Shown here: piece after piece, positions 20,607-28,089 of the stretch
How the letters are laid out: every line of letters begins with the position of its first letter
Position numbering within the stretch: the stretch's first letter is position 1
DNA from: Candidatus Sericytochromatia bacterium
Lineage (GTDB): Bacteria; Cyanobacteriota; Sericytochromatia; S15B-MN24; UBA4093
Length of the DNA stretch: 64,000 nt
Assembly: GCA_036676985.1 (NCBI GenBank)
Contig: JAKFBU010000030.1
Location: forward strand, 7,166 to 71,165
Direction of reading: 5' to 3'
Position numbers and translations under genes: made by a program
Notes under the pieces: model-generated
What the model was told of the DNA's origin: nothing
What the model saw: only the letters and a program-made list of their open reading frames with translations
Databases searched by the model: none

Positions 20607-21107
20607 ATGCATCGGACGAAGCTCGTCCCCTCGCTCGCAGCCAGCGTCTTCGTGCTCAGCGGCACGCTCGTCATGGTGGGGACCGCCGCGGGCCTCGGGG
20701 GCCTCGCGACCGCCCAGGGCATGGACGGCTGGTACCAGACGCTCGAGAAGCCGGCCTTCAATCCGCCGGATGGGGTCTTCGGCCCGGTCTGGACGACGCT
20801 CTATCTCCTCATGGCGATTTCGGCCTTTCTCGTCTGGCGACAGGGCTGGCCGAGCCGGGAGGCCAAGCTGGCCCTGAGCCTGTTCGGGATCCAGCTCGGC
20901 CTGAACATGCTCTGGTCGGTGCTGTTCTTCGGCCTGCAATCGCCGGGGGCGGCCTTTGTCGAGCTCGCGATGCTGTGGGCCGCCATCGCGGCCTGGATGG
21001 CGGCCTCGTGGCGGGTCTCGCCGGCCGCAGGCGCCCTGATCCTTCCCTACCTGGCCTGGGTGACGTTCGCCGGGGTTCTCAACGCGGCCATCTGGCGGCT
21101 AAACTGA
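20607..21107 (+). CDS. tspO: TspO/MBR family tryptophan-rich sensory protein
   Basis: WYQTLEKPAFNPPDGVFGPVWTTLYLLMAIS, five TM helices, Trp-rich. AGGAGG RBS before the ATG at 20607. Only the 3' 501 nt of ORF 19377..21107 is used. Confidence 0.88.
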   Translation: MHRTKLVPSLAASVFVLSGTLVMVGTAAGLGGLATAQGMDGWYQTLEKPAFNPPDGVFGPVWTTLYLLMAISAFLVWRQGWPSREAKLALSLFGIQLGLNMLWSVLFFGLQSPGAAFVELAMLWAAIAAWMAASWRVSPAAGALILPYLAWVTFAGVLNAAIWRLN

Positions 21108-21137
21108 GACGGTTCCCCCGGTCGAAAGGACGTTGCC

Positions 21138-21683
21138 GTGAAAGCCCACCTCAGCCCCGTGGCCGCCGCCTTGCTCGTCGCCCTCCTGGCCCTGCCCTCC
21201 CACGCCCTGACGCTCACGGGCAAGGTCGTGAAGGTCGCGGACGGGGACACGCTCACGATCCTGGTCGACGGCCAGAAGGAGCGCATCCGGCTGGTCGGCA
21301 TCGACACGCCCGAGAAGAAGCAGCCCGTCTGGGGGCCGGCGGCCAAGGACTTCACGACCCGGCTCGCCATGGGCAAGACGGTGCGGGTGGAGACGGACGT
21401 GGAGGAGCGCGATCGCTACGGCCGCGTGCTCGGCTACGTCTACGTCGGCAAGACGTTCCTCAATCTGGAATTGGTCCGCCAGGGCTACGCCATGCTCTAC
21501 ACCTCGCCGCCCAACGTGGCCCACACGGACGCGTTCCTGGCCGCCCAGCGCGAGGCGCGCGCGGCGGGCCGCAACATCTGGAACGCCAAGACCGGCCTGA
21601 CCGAGACGCCGTACGAGTTCCGGCACAAGGGGAAGAAGGCCCCCAAAAAGATCCAGCAGGAGGGGCTGCCGGCGGCGCAGTAG
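21138..21683 (+). CDS. Secreted thermonuclease (SNase/micrococcal nuclease family)
   Basis: Signal peptide MKAHLSPVAAALLVALLALPSHA. VVKVADGDTLTILVDGQKERIRLVGIDTPE...RYGRVLGYVY is the SNase core. Confidence 0.88.
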   Translation: MKAHLSPVAAALLVALLALPSHALTLTGKVVKVADGDTLTILVDGQKERIRLVGIDTPEKKQPVWGPAAKDFTTRLAMGKTVRVETDVEERDRYGRVLGYVYVGKTFLNLELVRQGYAMLYTSPPNVAHTDAFLAAQREARAAGRNIWNAKTGLTETPYEFRHKGKKAPKKIQQEGLPAAQ

Positions 21684-21694
21684 CGGCGGTTCCG

Positions 21695-23917
21695 CTAGAA
21701 CCTCAGCTGATACCCCAGGTACGGGATCGCCGGGATGCCGTAGTTGAAGGTCGGATTGGCATACCGCTCGTAGTCCGTGCCGTAGTCGACGGCGAGCACC
21801 TCGCGCTGCTGCGTGACCTCGAAGTAGAACCGCCCGTCGAGCCCGAACATCCCCGCCGGCCGCTCCACCCGGGCCGACCAGGTGATGCCGTCCGGGTAGC
21901 GAGCCGAGTTCTCGGGCCCGTTGACGGGCTGGTAGCCCGTGGGCGTCTGCGTCCGCCCCACCACTGGGGTGTAGGGGCGGCCCGTGGAGTAACGCAGCCG
22001 CAAAGAGGGCGACCACTCCCAGATCGTGGGGGCCGAGAGCGTCAGGTTGCCGATCCAGGGCTGGTCGTACTCGTAAGGCAGCTCACCCTTGTCCGGCCGG
22101 GTGCGGAAGGTGCGCGCGTAGGTCAAGGCGAGCGCGCCGCTCCAGCCCGCCTGCTCGGCGAACTCGAGCGTGAGCTCGGCTCCGGTCGAGCGGCCCGAGC
22201 CCAGGTTCGTGAAGCGCTGGACCGGATCCGAGATGACCAGGCCGAACAGGTCCCGGTGATAGACCTCCAGGCGCCCGAAGAGCTGATCCGAGATCTGCCG
22301 ATCCATCCCCAGCACGTATTCCCGGGAGAAGGCGGAGGAAAGGGTCGGATTGCCCACGCCCGGCAAGAGTTGGGTGGGACTGGGGAACTGGAACTGCTGG
22401 CCGTAACCCAGGCGATAGGTGGTATCGGGGTCGGGCCGCCAGCTCGCCCCAAGGCGAGGAGCCACGTGATCCTGACGGGTGCTCTGCAGCTTGTCGTAGC
22501 GGGCCCCGAGCGAGAGCGTCAGGCTCTCGACAGGCTTCCAGGCATCCTCGACGTAGGCGCCGTAGACCTTCTCGTTGCCCGTCGTGTCGGTGGTCAGCTT
22601 GGGCAGCGCGTCCAGTTCCTCGGCGGTGGGCGGCTGCTGGCGCTGCTGGCCCGGATTCCGCAGGCTCGACGTATCCGGCTGGATGCGGCGCGACAGGAAG
22701 TTGATGGTGTCGTAGCGGAGCCCCGAGCGCAGCTCGTGATGGTCGTTGATCTGCCAGGCCACGTCGTCCGAGACCGTCCACTGGTAGCGGTAGTCCTTGA
22801 CGGAAACCAACCGCCCGAGCTGGAAGTCCGTGTAGGGCTCCTGGTAGTTGAGCGTCAGGCGGTTGGAGGCGTGCTCGCCGAGGGGCTGGCGCCAGTTGCC
22901 GCCGGTGCTGCGGTAGCCGGTGTCCGCGGAGATGGTGCCGAAGCCCCGCGTGATGCCCCCGTTTTCGAGCACGACCGACAGGGCGTCCTGGGCCCCGATG
23001 GACTCGGCGTCGAAGCGGCCGCCGCCCGGCAGGGGCGCCGAGAGCTTGCTCTGGAAGTCCGTGAAGCGCGGGAAGACCGTGAAGGCCGGAAAGGCCCGGC
23101 TCGCGATGAGGTCGATGTAGCTGCGGCGTCCGGCCAGGAAGAAGGACGTGCCCCAGCCCAGGGGGCCCTCGATGAGGCCCTCCGAAAAGAGCAGGTTGCC
23201 GTCGAAGACGCCATGGAAGCCGTCCGTGCGAGGCTGGCGGGTCTCCACGTCGATGACCGCGGACATGACGTTGCCGTAGCGAGCGGGCAGGGCCCCGGTG
23301 TAGAGGTCCACCTTGGAGAGGGTGTTGGCGTTGAAGACGCTGACGAGCCCGCCGAAGTGGAAGGGGTTGCCGATCTCGATGTTGTCCAGGTAGTAGAGGT
23401 TGTCGTTGGGGCCGCCGCCCCGCACCACGGGCGCTCCCGAGAAGCCGCCCGTGTTCACGCCCGCGGTGTTGGTGACCGCGAGGATGGGATCGTTGCGCGC
23501 GCCCGCGACCTTGGTGACCTCCGCGGCCGTGATGGTGCGGCGGCTGGTCTCGGTCTGGGCGATGCGCGAGGGCTTGGTGCCGGAGACGACCTGGCGATCG
23601 GCCGAGACCACCCCGGGCTTCAGGGCGACCTTCACCTGGATGGGGCGCGCGTCGTCGAAGGGCAGGTCCTTGGCGACAAAGGACAGGTGGCCCGGGGCCT
23701 CGACCTTGAGGATGCGCTTGCCGGCGGGAACCCCATCCAGCTTGAAGGCGCCCGCGCCGTCGGTCGTGACCGATTTTCCCGTGCCCACGACCGTGACGAC
23801 GGCGCCCGAAAGGGGGCGATCGCTCCCGCGCTCCCGCACCGTCCCCTCGATGGTCGCAGCCAGCGCCGGGGCCTCGAGGGCGAGGACGAGGGCGATGACC
23901 AGGCTACTTCGTCTCAT
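21695..23917 (-). CDS. TonB-dependent outer-membrane receptor with N-terminal carboxypeptidase-regulatory-like domain
   Basis: Signal peptide, CarboxypepD_reg-like segment (GTVRERGSDRPLSGAVVTVVGTGKSVTTDGAGAFKLDGVPAG), plug, beta-barrel, C-terminal ...LGYQLRF. Start at Met-6 (23917) is preferred. Confidence 0.85.
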   Translation of the reverse strand: MRRSSLVIALVLALEAPALAATIEGTVRERGSDRPLSGAVVTVVGTGKSVTTDGAGAFKLDGVPAGKRILKVEAPGHLSFVAKDLPFDDARPIQVKVALKPGVVSADRQVVSGTKPSRIAQTETSRRTITAAEVTKVAGARNDPILAVTNTAGVNTGGFSGAPVVRGGGPNDNLYYLDNIEIGNPFHFGGLVSVFNANTLSKVDLYTGALPARYGNVMSAVIDVETRQPRTDGFHGVFDGNLLFSEGLIEGPLGWGTSFFLAGRRSYIDLIASRAFPAFTVFPRFTDFQSKLSAPLPGGGRFDAESIGAQDALSVVLENGGITRGFGTISADTGYRSTGGNWRQPLGEHASNRLTLNYQEPYTDFQLGRLVSVKDYRYQWTVSDDVAWQINDHHELRSGLRYDTINFLSRRIQPDTSSLRNPGQQRQQPPTAEELDALPKLTTDTTGNEKVYGAYVEDAWKPVESLTLSLGARYDKLQSTRQDHVAPRLGASWRPDPDTTYRLGYGQQFQFPSPTQLLPGVGNPTLSSAFSREYVLGMDRQISDQLFGRLEVYHRDLFGLVISDPVQRFTNLGSGRSTGAELTLEFAEQAGWSGALALTYARTFRTRPDKGELPYEYDQPWIGNLTLSAPTIWEWSPSLRLRYSTGRPYTPVVGRTQTPTGYQPVNGPENSARYPDGITWSARVERPAGMFGLDGRFYFEVTQQREVLAVDYGTDYERYANPTFNYGIPAIPYLGYQLRF

Positions 23918-24605
23918 GGGGCACCTCGGCAAGCGAGAACTCGATGGGGAGCCGTACCGAGCACGCGACGGCCACGCCCTCGCGCAGGGCGGGCTTGAAG
24001 CGGGTCTGCCGCACGGCCGCCTCTGCGGCCTTGGCGAAGGCCACGCCTCCCGAGTACGACAGCACCTTGGCCTGCGTGACCCGCCCGTCCGCCTCGACCC
24101 AGGCCTCGACGAGGGCCGAGCCCGTCGCCCCTGCGACGCGGGCGACCTCCGGGTAGTTGACCCTCAGGCGGCCGATGGGCTCGGGCTCGCGCGCGAGCAC
24201 CTCCACGGTGGCCTCGTCCGAGAAGTCCAGCTCCAAAGGAGCGGGCGCCGAGGCCGTGGCCTCGACCTCGAGGGTGTCGCCCACCGGAACCTCCATGGTG
24301 CCGCCCGGTCCGTCGGCCACCCCGAAGGTCGCGGGCGCGTTGCCAGGGTTCGGGGCCACCGCCGTCATGGGTTGGGGGCGAGCAGGGCGCGGCGGGGTCT
24401 TGGCGGCGGCCTTATTCGGGGCGGCCTGCTTGGGCTTCGGGGGCTCCTTCGGCTTCTCGGGAGGGCGCGGCTTCTTGCGCTCCACCAGCATGACCGGCAC
24501 GACCTTCTTGACGAGCTCCCGGCCGGGGACGCTCATCAAGGCGAAGGCTGCGAGCACGTGCAGCCCGATCGAGAGCCCGATGATCCAGGGGAGGCGAATC
24601 CGCAT
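23904..24605 (-). CDS. tonB: Energy transducer TonB
   Basis: N-terminal TM anchor, Pro/Lys-rich spacer (KKPRPPEKPKEPPKPK), C-terminal TonB_C-like domain (YPEVARVAGATGSALVEAWV..DGRV). Confidence 0.85.
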   Translation of the reverse strand: MRIRLPWIIGLSIGLHVLAAFALMSVPGRELVKKVVPVMLVERKKPRPPEKPKEPPKPKQAAPNKAAAKTPPRPARPQPMTAVAPNPGNAPATFGVADGPGGTMEVPVGDTLEVEATASAPAPLELDFSDEATVEVLAREPEPIGRLRVNYPEVARVAGATGSALVEAWVEADGRVTQAKVLSYSGGVAFAKAAEAAVRQTRFKPALREGVAVACSVRLPIEFSLAEVPHETK

Positions 24606-24614
24606 CGGATCGTC

Positions 24615-25013
24615 CTAGAGGCGATCGACCGCGAAGGCGAGGCCCTCGATGCCGGCCCGGCGCGCGGCGTCCATGACCTCGACCACCCGGCCGTGCACCA
24701 CCTCGCGATCGGCCCCCACCAGCACCTGGAGGTTGGGCCGGGCGCGCTTGCGCTCGGCGAGCTCGGACTGGAGCGCCGCGGGGTCCATGACCTCACCGTC
24801 CAGGATGATGGTGCCGTCGGCCTTGACCGTGACGGCCACCGTGCGGGCCTCGGTGGCCACGCTCTGCGAGGCCTTGGGCAGCTCGACCTTGAGGCTCTGC
24901 TGGGCGATGAGGTAGCTGGTCGCGAGGAAGATGATGAGGAGCACCAGCGTCACGTCCACCAGGGGCGTGACGTTGATGTCGACGATGGGATCGTCGTCGC
25001 TACCGGACCGCAC
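24615..25013 (-). CDS. exbD: Biopolymer transporter ExbD/TolR
   Basis: 132 aa. INVTPLVDVTLVLLIIF motif, a single TM helix and a periplasmic domain. Confidence 0.9.
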   Translation of the reverse strand: MRSGSDDDPIVDINVTPLVDVTLVLLIIFLATSYLIAQQSLKVELPKASQSVATEARTVAVTVKADGTIILDGEVMDPAALQSELAERKRARPNLQVLVGADREVVHGRVVEVMDAARRAGIEGLAFAVDRL

Positions 25014-25644
25014 GCACAGCCTCCGACTTCTGGTCGGCGATCGCCAGGGCGTGGATGGCCTCGGCGGCCTCCTCGAGGCGGTAATCGACCACGCGGATGT
25101 GGCGCTGGCAGAGGTTGAAGGCGATGACGGCCGGGATGGCGACGAGGATGCCCACGGCCGTGGCGACCAGGGCCTCGGAGATGCCCGCCATCACGACCGA
25201 GGGGCCCTGGCCCGCGGACGCCCCCAGGTCGTGGAAGGCCTTGATGATGCCGAGCACGGTGCCGAAGAGGCCCACGAAGGGCGCGTTGTTGCCGAGCGTG
25301 CCGAGCACGACCAGGCCGCGCTCGGCGGCCGCCTTCTCCTGGAGGCGGTGGGCGAGAAGGGTGGCGCGCAGGCGATCCGGGCCCTGGTGCCAGGAGTCGA
25401 CCGCCAGCTTGAGCATCCGACCCACGGGCCCGTTGGTCGCTCGGCTCGCCGCCTCGTAATCGCCCCGCGCCAGGGCCGCGACGCCCTCGAGGATGAGGGT
25501 GCCCGCCGGCTCACGGTTGCCGAAGAAGTAGGCGACCCGCTCCAGGATGAGCGTCACCGAAAACATGGAAAAGGCCAGGAGCAAGTAGAGGACCCACTCG
25601 CCCCCCCCGTTGCCGATGCCCTTGATGAGTTCCGTGAGGTTCAC
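25000..25644 (-). CDS. exbB: MotA/TolQ/ExbB proton channel protein
   Basis: 214 aa. LGTLGNNAPFVGLFGTVLGII and GISEALVATAVGILVAIPA motifs. GTG start with an AGGAG RBS. Confidence 0.9.
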   Translation of the reverse strand: MNLTELIKGIGNGGGEWVLYLLLAFSMFSVTLILERVAYFFGNREPAGTLILEGVAALARGDYEAASRATNGPVGRMLKLAVDSWHQGPDRLRATLLAHRLQEKAAAERGLVVLGTLGNNAPFVGLFGTVLGIIKAFHDLGASAGQGPSVVMAGISEALVATAVGILVAIPAVIAFNLCQRHIRVVDYRLEEAAEAIHALAIADQKSEAVRAVR

Positions 25645-25923
25645 TGCAGCCGCTCCTATCCCGCCCAGATCGTGTCAGCAAGCGAATTTTGTACTAAAGT
25701 ATAGGATTCATCCTATGACACCCCGGCGATGCCGTCAATCAAGATCGGGCCGTCCCTCGCCGACGACGTGGACATCCCGATCGAGCGGTCGCGACGGGTG
25801 CTCCCATCGCCCTCGTCTCTTAACCATTCCTTTCCCCAAGGTTAGCCACCCCATAAGAACTTCACCCGTCGGAGCCCGGGATAACTCGATATCGACGTGA
25901 AGCAATCTTAAGGAGGCACCCTC

Positions 25924-27237
25924 ATGGCGAGCACCATTCCCGGCCGACTTCTGTCCGACCTGCTGCCGCAGATCGACCGCAACCGCAACAAGCTCATCGA
26001 TGCCTCGGAGGCGTCGGTGGCCGGCCGGGTGGGCAACCAGAACGGGTTCAACGGGTTCGCCGAGACCGCCGAGGCCCTGGAGTCGGGCCGCGCGGCCCTC
26101 AAGGACTTCCGCCTGACGGCCCCGGATGCCGAGGCCTTCGCGGATCGTCTTGCCGGGGGCGACGCCTGGGTCTCCAAGGAGGACGTCTTCATCTCGGACG
26201 CCGCCCGCAGCCGCATCGACGGCTTCGGCGGGGCGGCCGACGGCCGCGTCTCCAGGGCCGAGCTCGCGGGTGCCTTCCAGCGCCGGGGCTTCGCCCTCCA
26301 CCGCGACGGCATCTTCCTGTCGAGCGAGGTCGAGGGCCGCCTGGGCGCCGGTCGTCCGACTCCGCCCGCCGCGGGGCGCCCCACGCCTCCTGCCACCGAG
26401 CGCCCGACTCCTCCGTCGACGGGTCGTCCCACGCCTCCTTCGACCGGCCGTCCCACGCCTCCTGCCAGCGATCGCCCCACGCCTCCGCCGATCGGTCGTC
26501 CCACCCCGCCCCCGGTGGACCGCCCGACGCCGCCGCCCGTCGGCCTCGATCCCCGCGAGGTGTCGAGCCGCTACCAGGAGCAGCGCCGCACCCTTTCGGA
26601 CCTCTACAACCGCTCCGGCGGCGTCATGAGCTACAGCGAGTTCCAGCGCCGCGACAAGGAGCTGATCCAGCGCGCCGTCGCCGACCTGGTGGACGTCACG
26701 GGGGACGCCTCCTATGGGACCCGGCGTCAGGCCCTTTCGGACATCTACAACCGCGCCAGCGGCAACATGAGCTACAGCGAATTCCAGAGCGCCGACAAGA
26801 GCCTCATCCGGGCTGCCGTCGACCAGGTCCTCTACGTTCCGGGCGCCTATGCGCAGCGTCGTTCGGAGCTGTCGGACATCTACAACCGTGCGAGCGGCAA
26901 CATGAGCTACTCGGAGTTCCAGGCCGCGGACAAGAGCCTGATCCGCGCGACGCTCGACGAGCTGCTCATGACCCCGGGCGACTACCGGACGCAGCGCCGG
27001 GACCTGTCGGACCTCTACAACCGCGCCAGCGGCAACATGAGCTACAGCGAGTTCCAGAGCGCGGACAAGGAGCTCATCCGGTACGCCGTCGACGACCTGC
27101 TGCGGATGCCCGGCTCGTTCGACGACAAGAAGCGCCGCCTCTCGGAGATCTACAACCTCGCGAGCGGCAACATGAGCTACTCGGAGTTCCAGGCCGCGGA
27201 GCGCCGCCTCCTCGACCAGTCGCTCGGCCGCCTGTAA
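25924..27237 (+). CDS. Repeat protein of unknown function (EF-hand-like N-terminus, 8x PTPP octapeptide linker, 5x ~45-aa YNRASGNMSYSEFQ repeats)
   Basis: 437 aa with an AAGGAGG RBS. DRNRNKLIDASE fits the 12-residue EF-hand loop pattern D-x-N-x-N-x-x-I-D-x-x-E. No signal peptide is seen. I recognise no characterised family. Confidence 0.75.
   Translation: MASTIPGRLLSDLLPQIDRNRNKLIDASEASVAGRVGNQNGFNGFAETAEALESGRAALKDFRLTAPDAEAFADRLAGGDAWVSKEDVFISDAARSRIDGFGGAADGRVSRAELAGAFQRRGFALHRDGIFLSSEVEGRLGAGRPTPPAAGRPTPPATERPTPPSTGRPTPPSTGRPTPPASDRPTPPPIGRPTPPPVDRPTPPPVGLDPREVSSRYQEQRRTLSDLYNRSGGVMSYSEFQRRDKELIQRAVADLVDVTGDASYGTRRQALSDIYNRASGNMSYSEFQSADKSLIRAAVDQVLYVPGAYAQRRSELSDIYNRASGNMSYSEFQAADKSLIRATLDELLMTPGDYRTQRRDLSDLYNRASGNMSYSEFQSADKELIRYAVDDLLRMPGSFDDKKRRLSEIYNLASGNMSYSEFQAAERRLLDQSLGRL
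26350..26541 (+). repeat. 8 tandem 24-nt coding repeats (xRPTPPxx octapeptides)
   Basis: aa 143-206: GRPTPPAA GRPTPPAT ERPTPPST GRPTPPST GRPTPPAS DRPTPPPI GRPTPPPV DRPTPPPV. Confidence 0.9.
26575..27234 (+). repeat. 5 tandem ~135-nt coding repeats (LSD[IL]YNRASGNMSYSEFQxADKxLIRxAVD...)
   Basis: The LSDxYN motif recurs at aa 224, 271, 316, 361 and 406, giving periods of 47, 45, 45 and 45 aa. Confidence 0.9.
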
Positions 27238-27251
27238 CGTCTTCCACCGTC

Positions 27252-27288
27252 AGCGTCCCGGGGCCGCAGCCCCGGGACGCTTCTCTTT
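27252..27288 (+). terminator. Rho-independent terminator after the repeat-protein gene
   Basis: A 13-bp perfect stem, AGCGTCCCGGGGC (27252-27264) pairing with GCCCCGGGACGCT (27269-27281), with loop CGCA and a TCTCTTT tail. Confidence 0.8.
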
Positions 27289-27434
27289 GAAACGAGCTTG
27301 GAGCCTATCGAGCCCCACAACAAACCCGTTCACATTGAGGCTCTCGAAATGCGAACGGTTCCTCCCGTGCATGATCCCTCCTGGGACATCCCCTCAAGAG
27401 GCCCAAACGGCGCCCCTTGAGGTATCATGGCCGC

Positions 27435-28028
27435 ATGCTCAGCCCGCACTTCCTGGATCTGCCCCGCATGGACGCCCGCGACCTCGCCGAGAACACGGTC
27501 GCAGCCGCCCGTCGCCTCCTCGGCTGCGTGCTCGTGCGCCGCGAGGGCGACGTCCTCATGGCGGGCCGCATCGTCGAGACCGAGGCCTACCGCCCCGACG
27601 ACCCCGCCTCGCACTCCTTTCGCGGCCCCTCCGCCCGCAACGCGTCCATGTTCGGCGCGCCCGGACGGGCCTACGTGTACCTCATCTACGGCCTCAACCA
27701 CTGCCTCAACGTCGTGACCGAGGCCGCAGGCACCGGCTCCGCCGTCCTGATCCGGGCCCTGGAGCCCCTCTCGGGCCATGACCTCATGCAAGCGCGGCGC
27801 AAGAGCCCGCACCTCACCAACGGGCCGGGCCGCCTTTGCCAGGCCCTCGGCATTGACCGGACCCTCGACGGCGAAGACCTGCTCGGGAGCGATCGCCTCT
27901 ACCTGCTCGCCGCCCCGCCGCTAGCCGACGACGCCATCCTCGCCACCGGCCGCATCGGCATCACCAAGGCGGCCGACTGGCCGTGGCGGTTCGTCATCGC
28001 CGGAAACGCCCACCTGTCCAGGAAGTAA
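27435..28028 (+). CDS. mpg: DNA-3-methyladenine glycosylase (Mpg/AAG family)
   Basis: GRIVETEAYRPDDPASHSFRGPSARNASMFGAPGRAYVYLIYGLNHCLNVV is the AAG-family core. ATG 27435 is preferred to TTG 27417. Confidence 0.9.
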   Translation: MLSPHFLDLPRMDARDLAENTVAAARRLLGCVLVRREGDVLMAGRIVETEAYRPDDPASHSFRGPSARNASMFGAPGRAYVYLIYGLNHCLNVVTEAAGTGSAVLIRALEPLSGHDLMQARRKSPHLTNGPGRLCQALGIDRTLDGEDLLGSDRLYLLAAPPLADDAILATGRIGITKAADWPWRFVIAGNAHLSRK

Positions 28029-28089
28029 ACCGTCTTGCGCTCATTTGTTCGAAACGCTACCATGGTCCCGCTGAAGCGGGGATGAGCCC

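Noticed and set aside
20600-23998. 1132-aa ORF on the + strand
   Set aside because: It overlaps tspO and the nuclease out of frame, and it is antisense to the TonB-dependent receptor. It has GC-artefact composition (RGPG/ARR runs).
25645-25923. Looked for a Fur box or riboswitch upstream of exbB and between exbB and the repeat-protein gene
   Set aside because: An AT-rich patch (GAATTTTGTACTAAAGTATAGGATTCAT) is present. It has no convincing dyad symmetry or match to the Fur consensus, and no recognisable riboswitch core.
26350-26541. Regular 24-nt tandem repeats, checked as a possible CRISPR or minisatellite
   Set aside because: The period is too short, with no spacers, and the repeats are in frame inside a coding sequence (PTPP octapeptides). 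It is not a CRISPR array.
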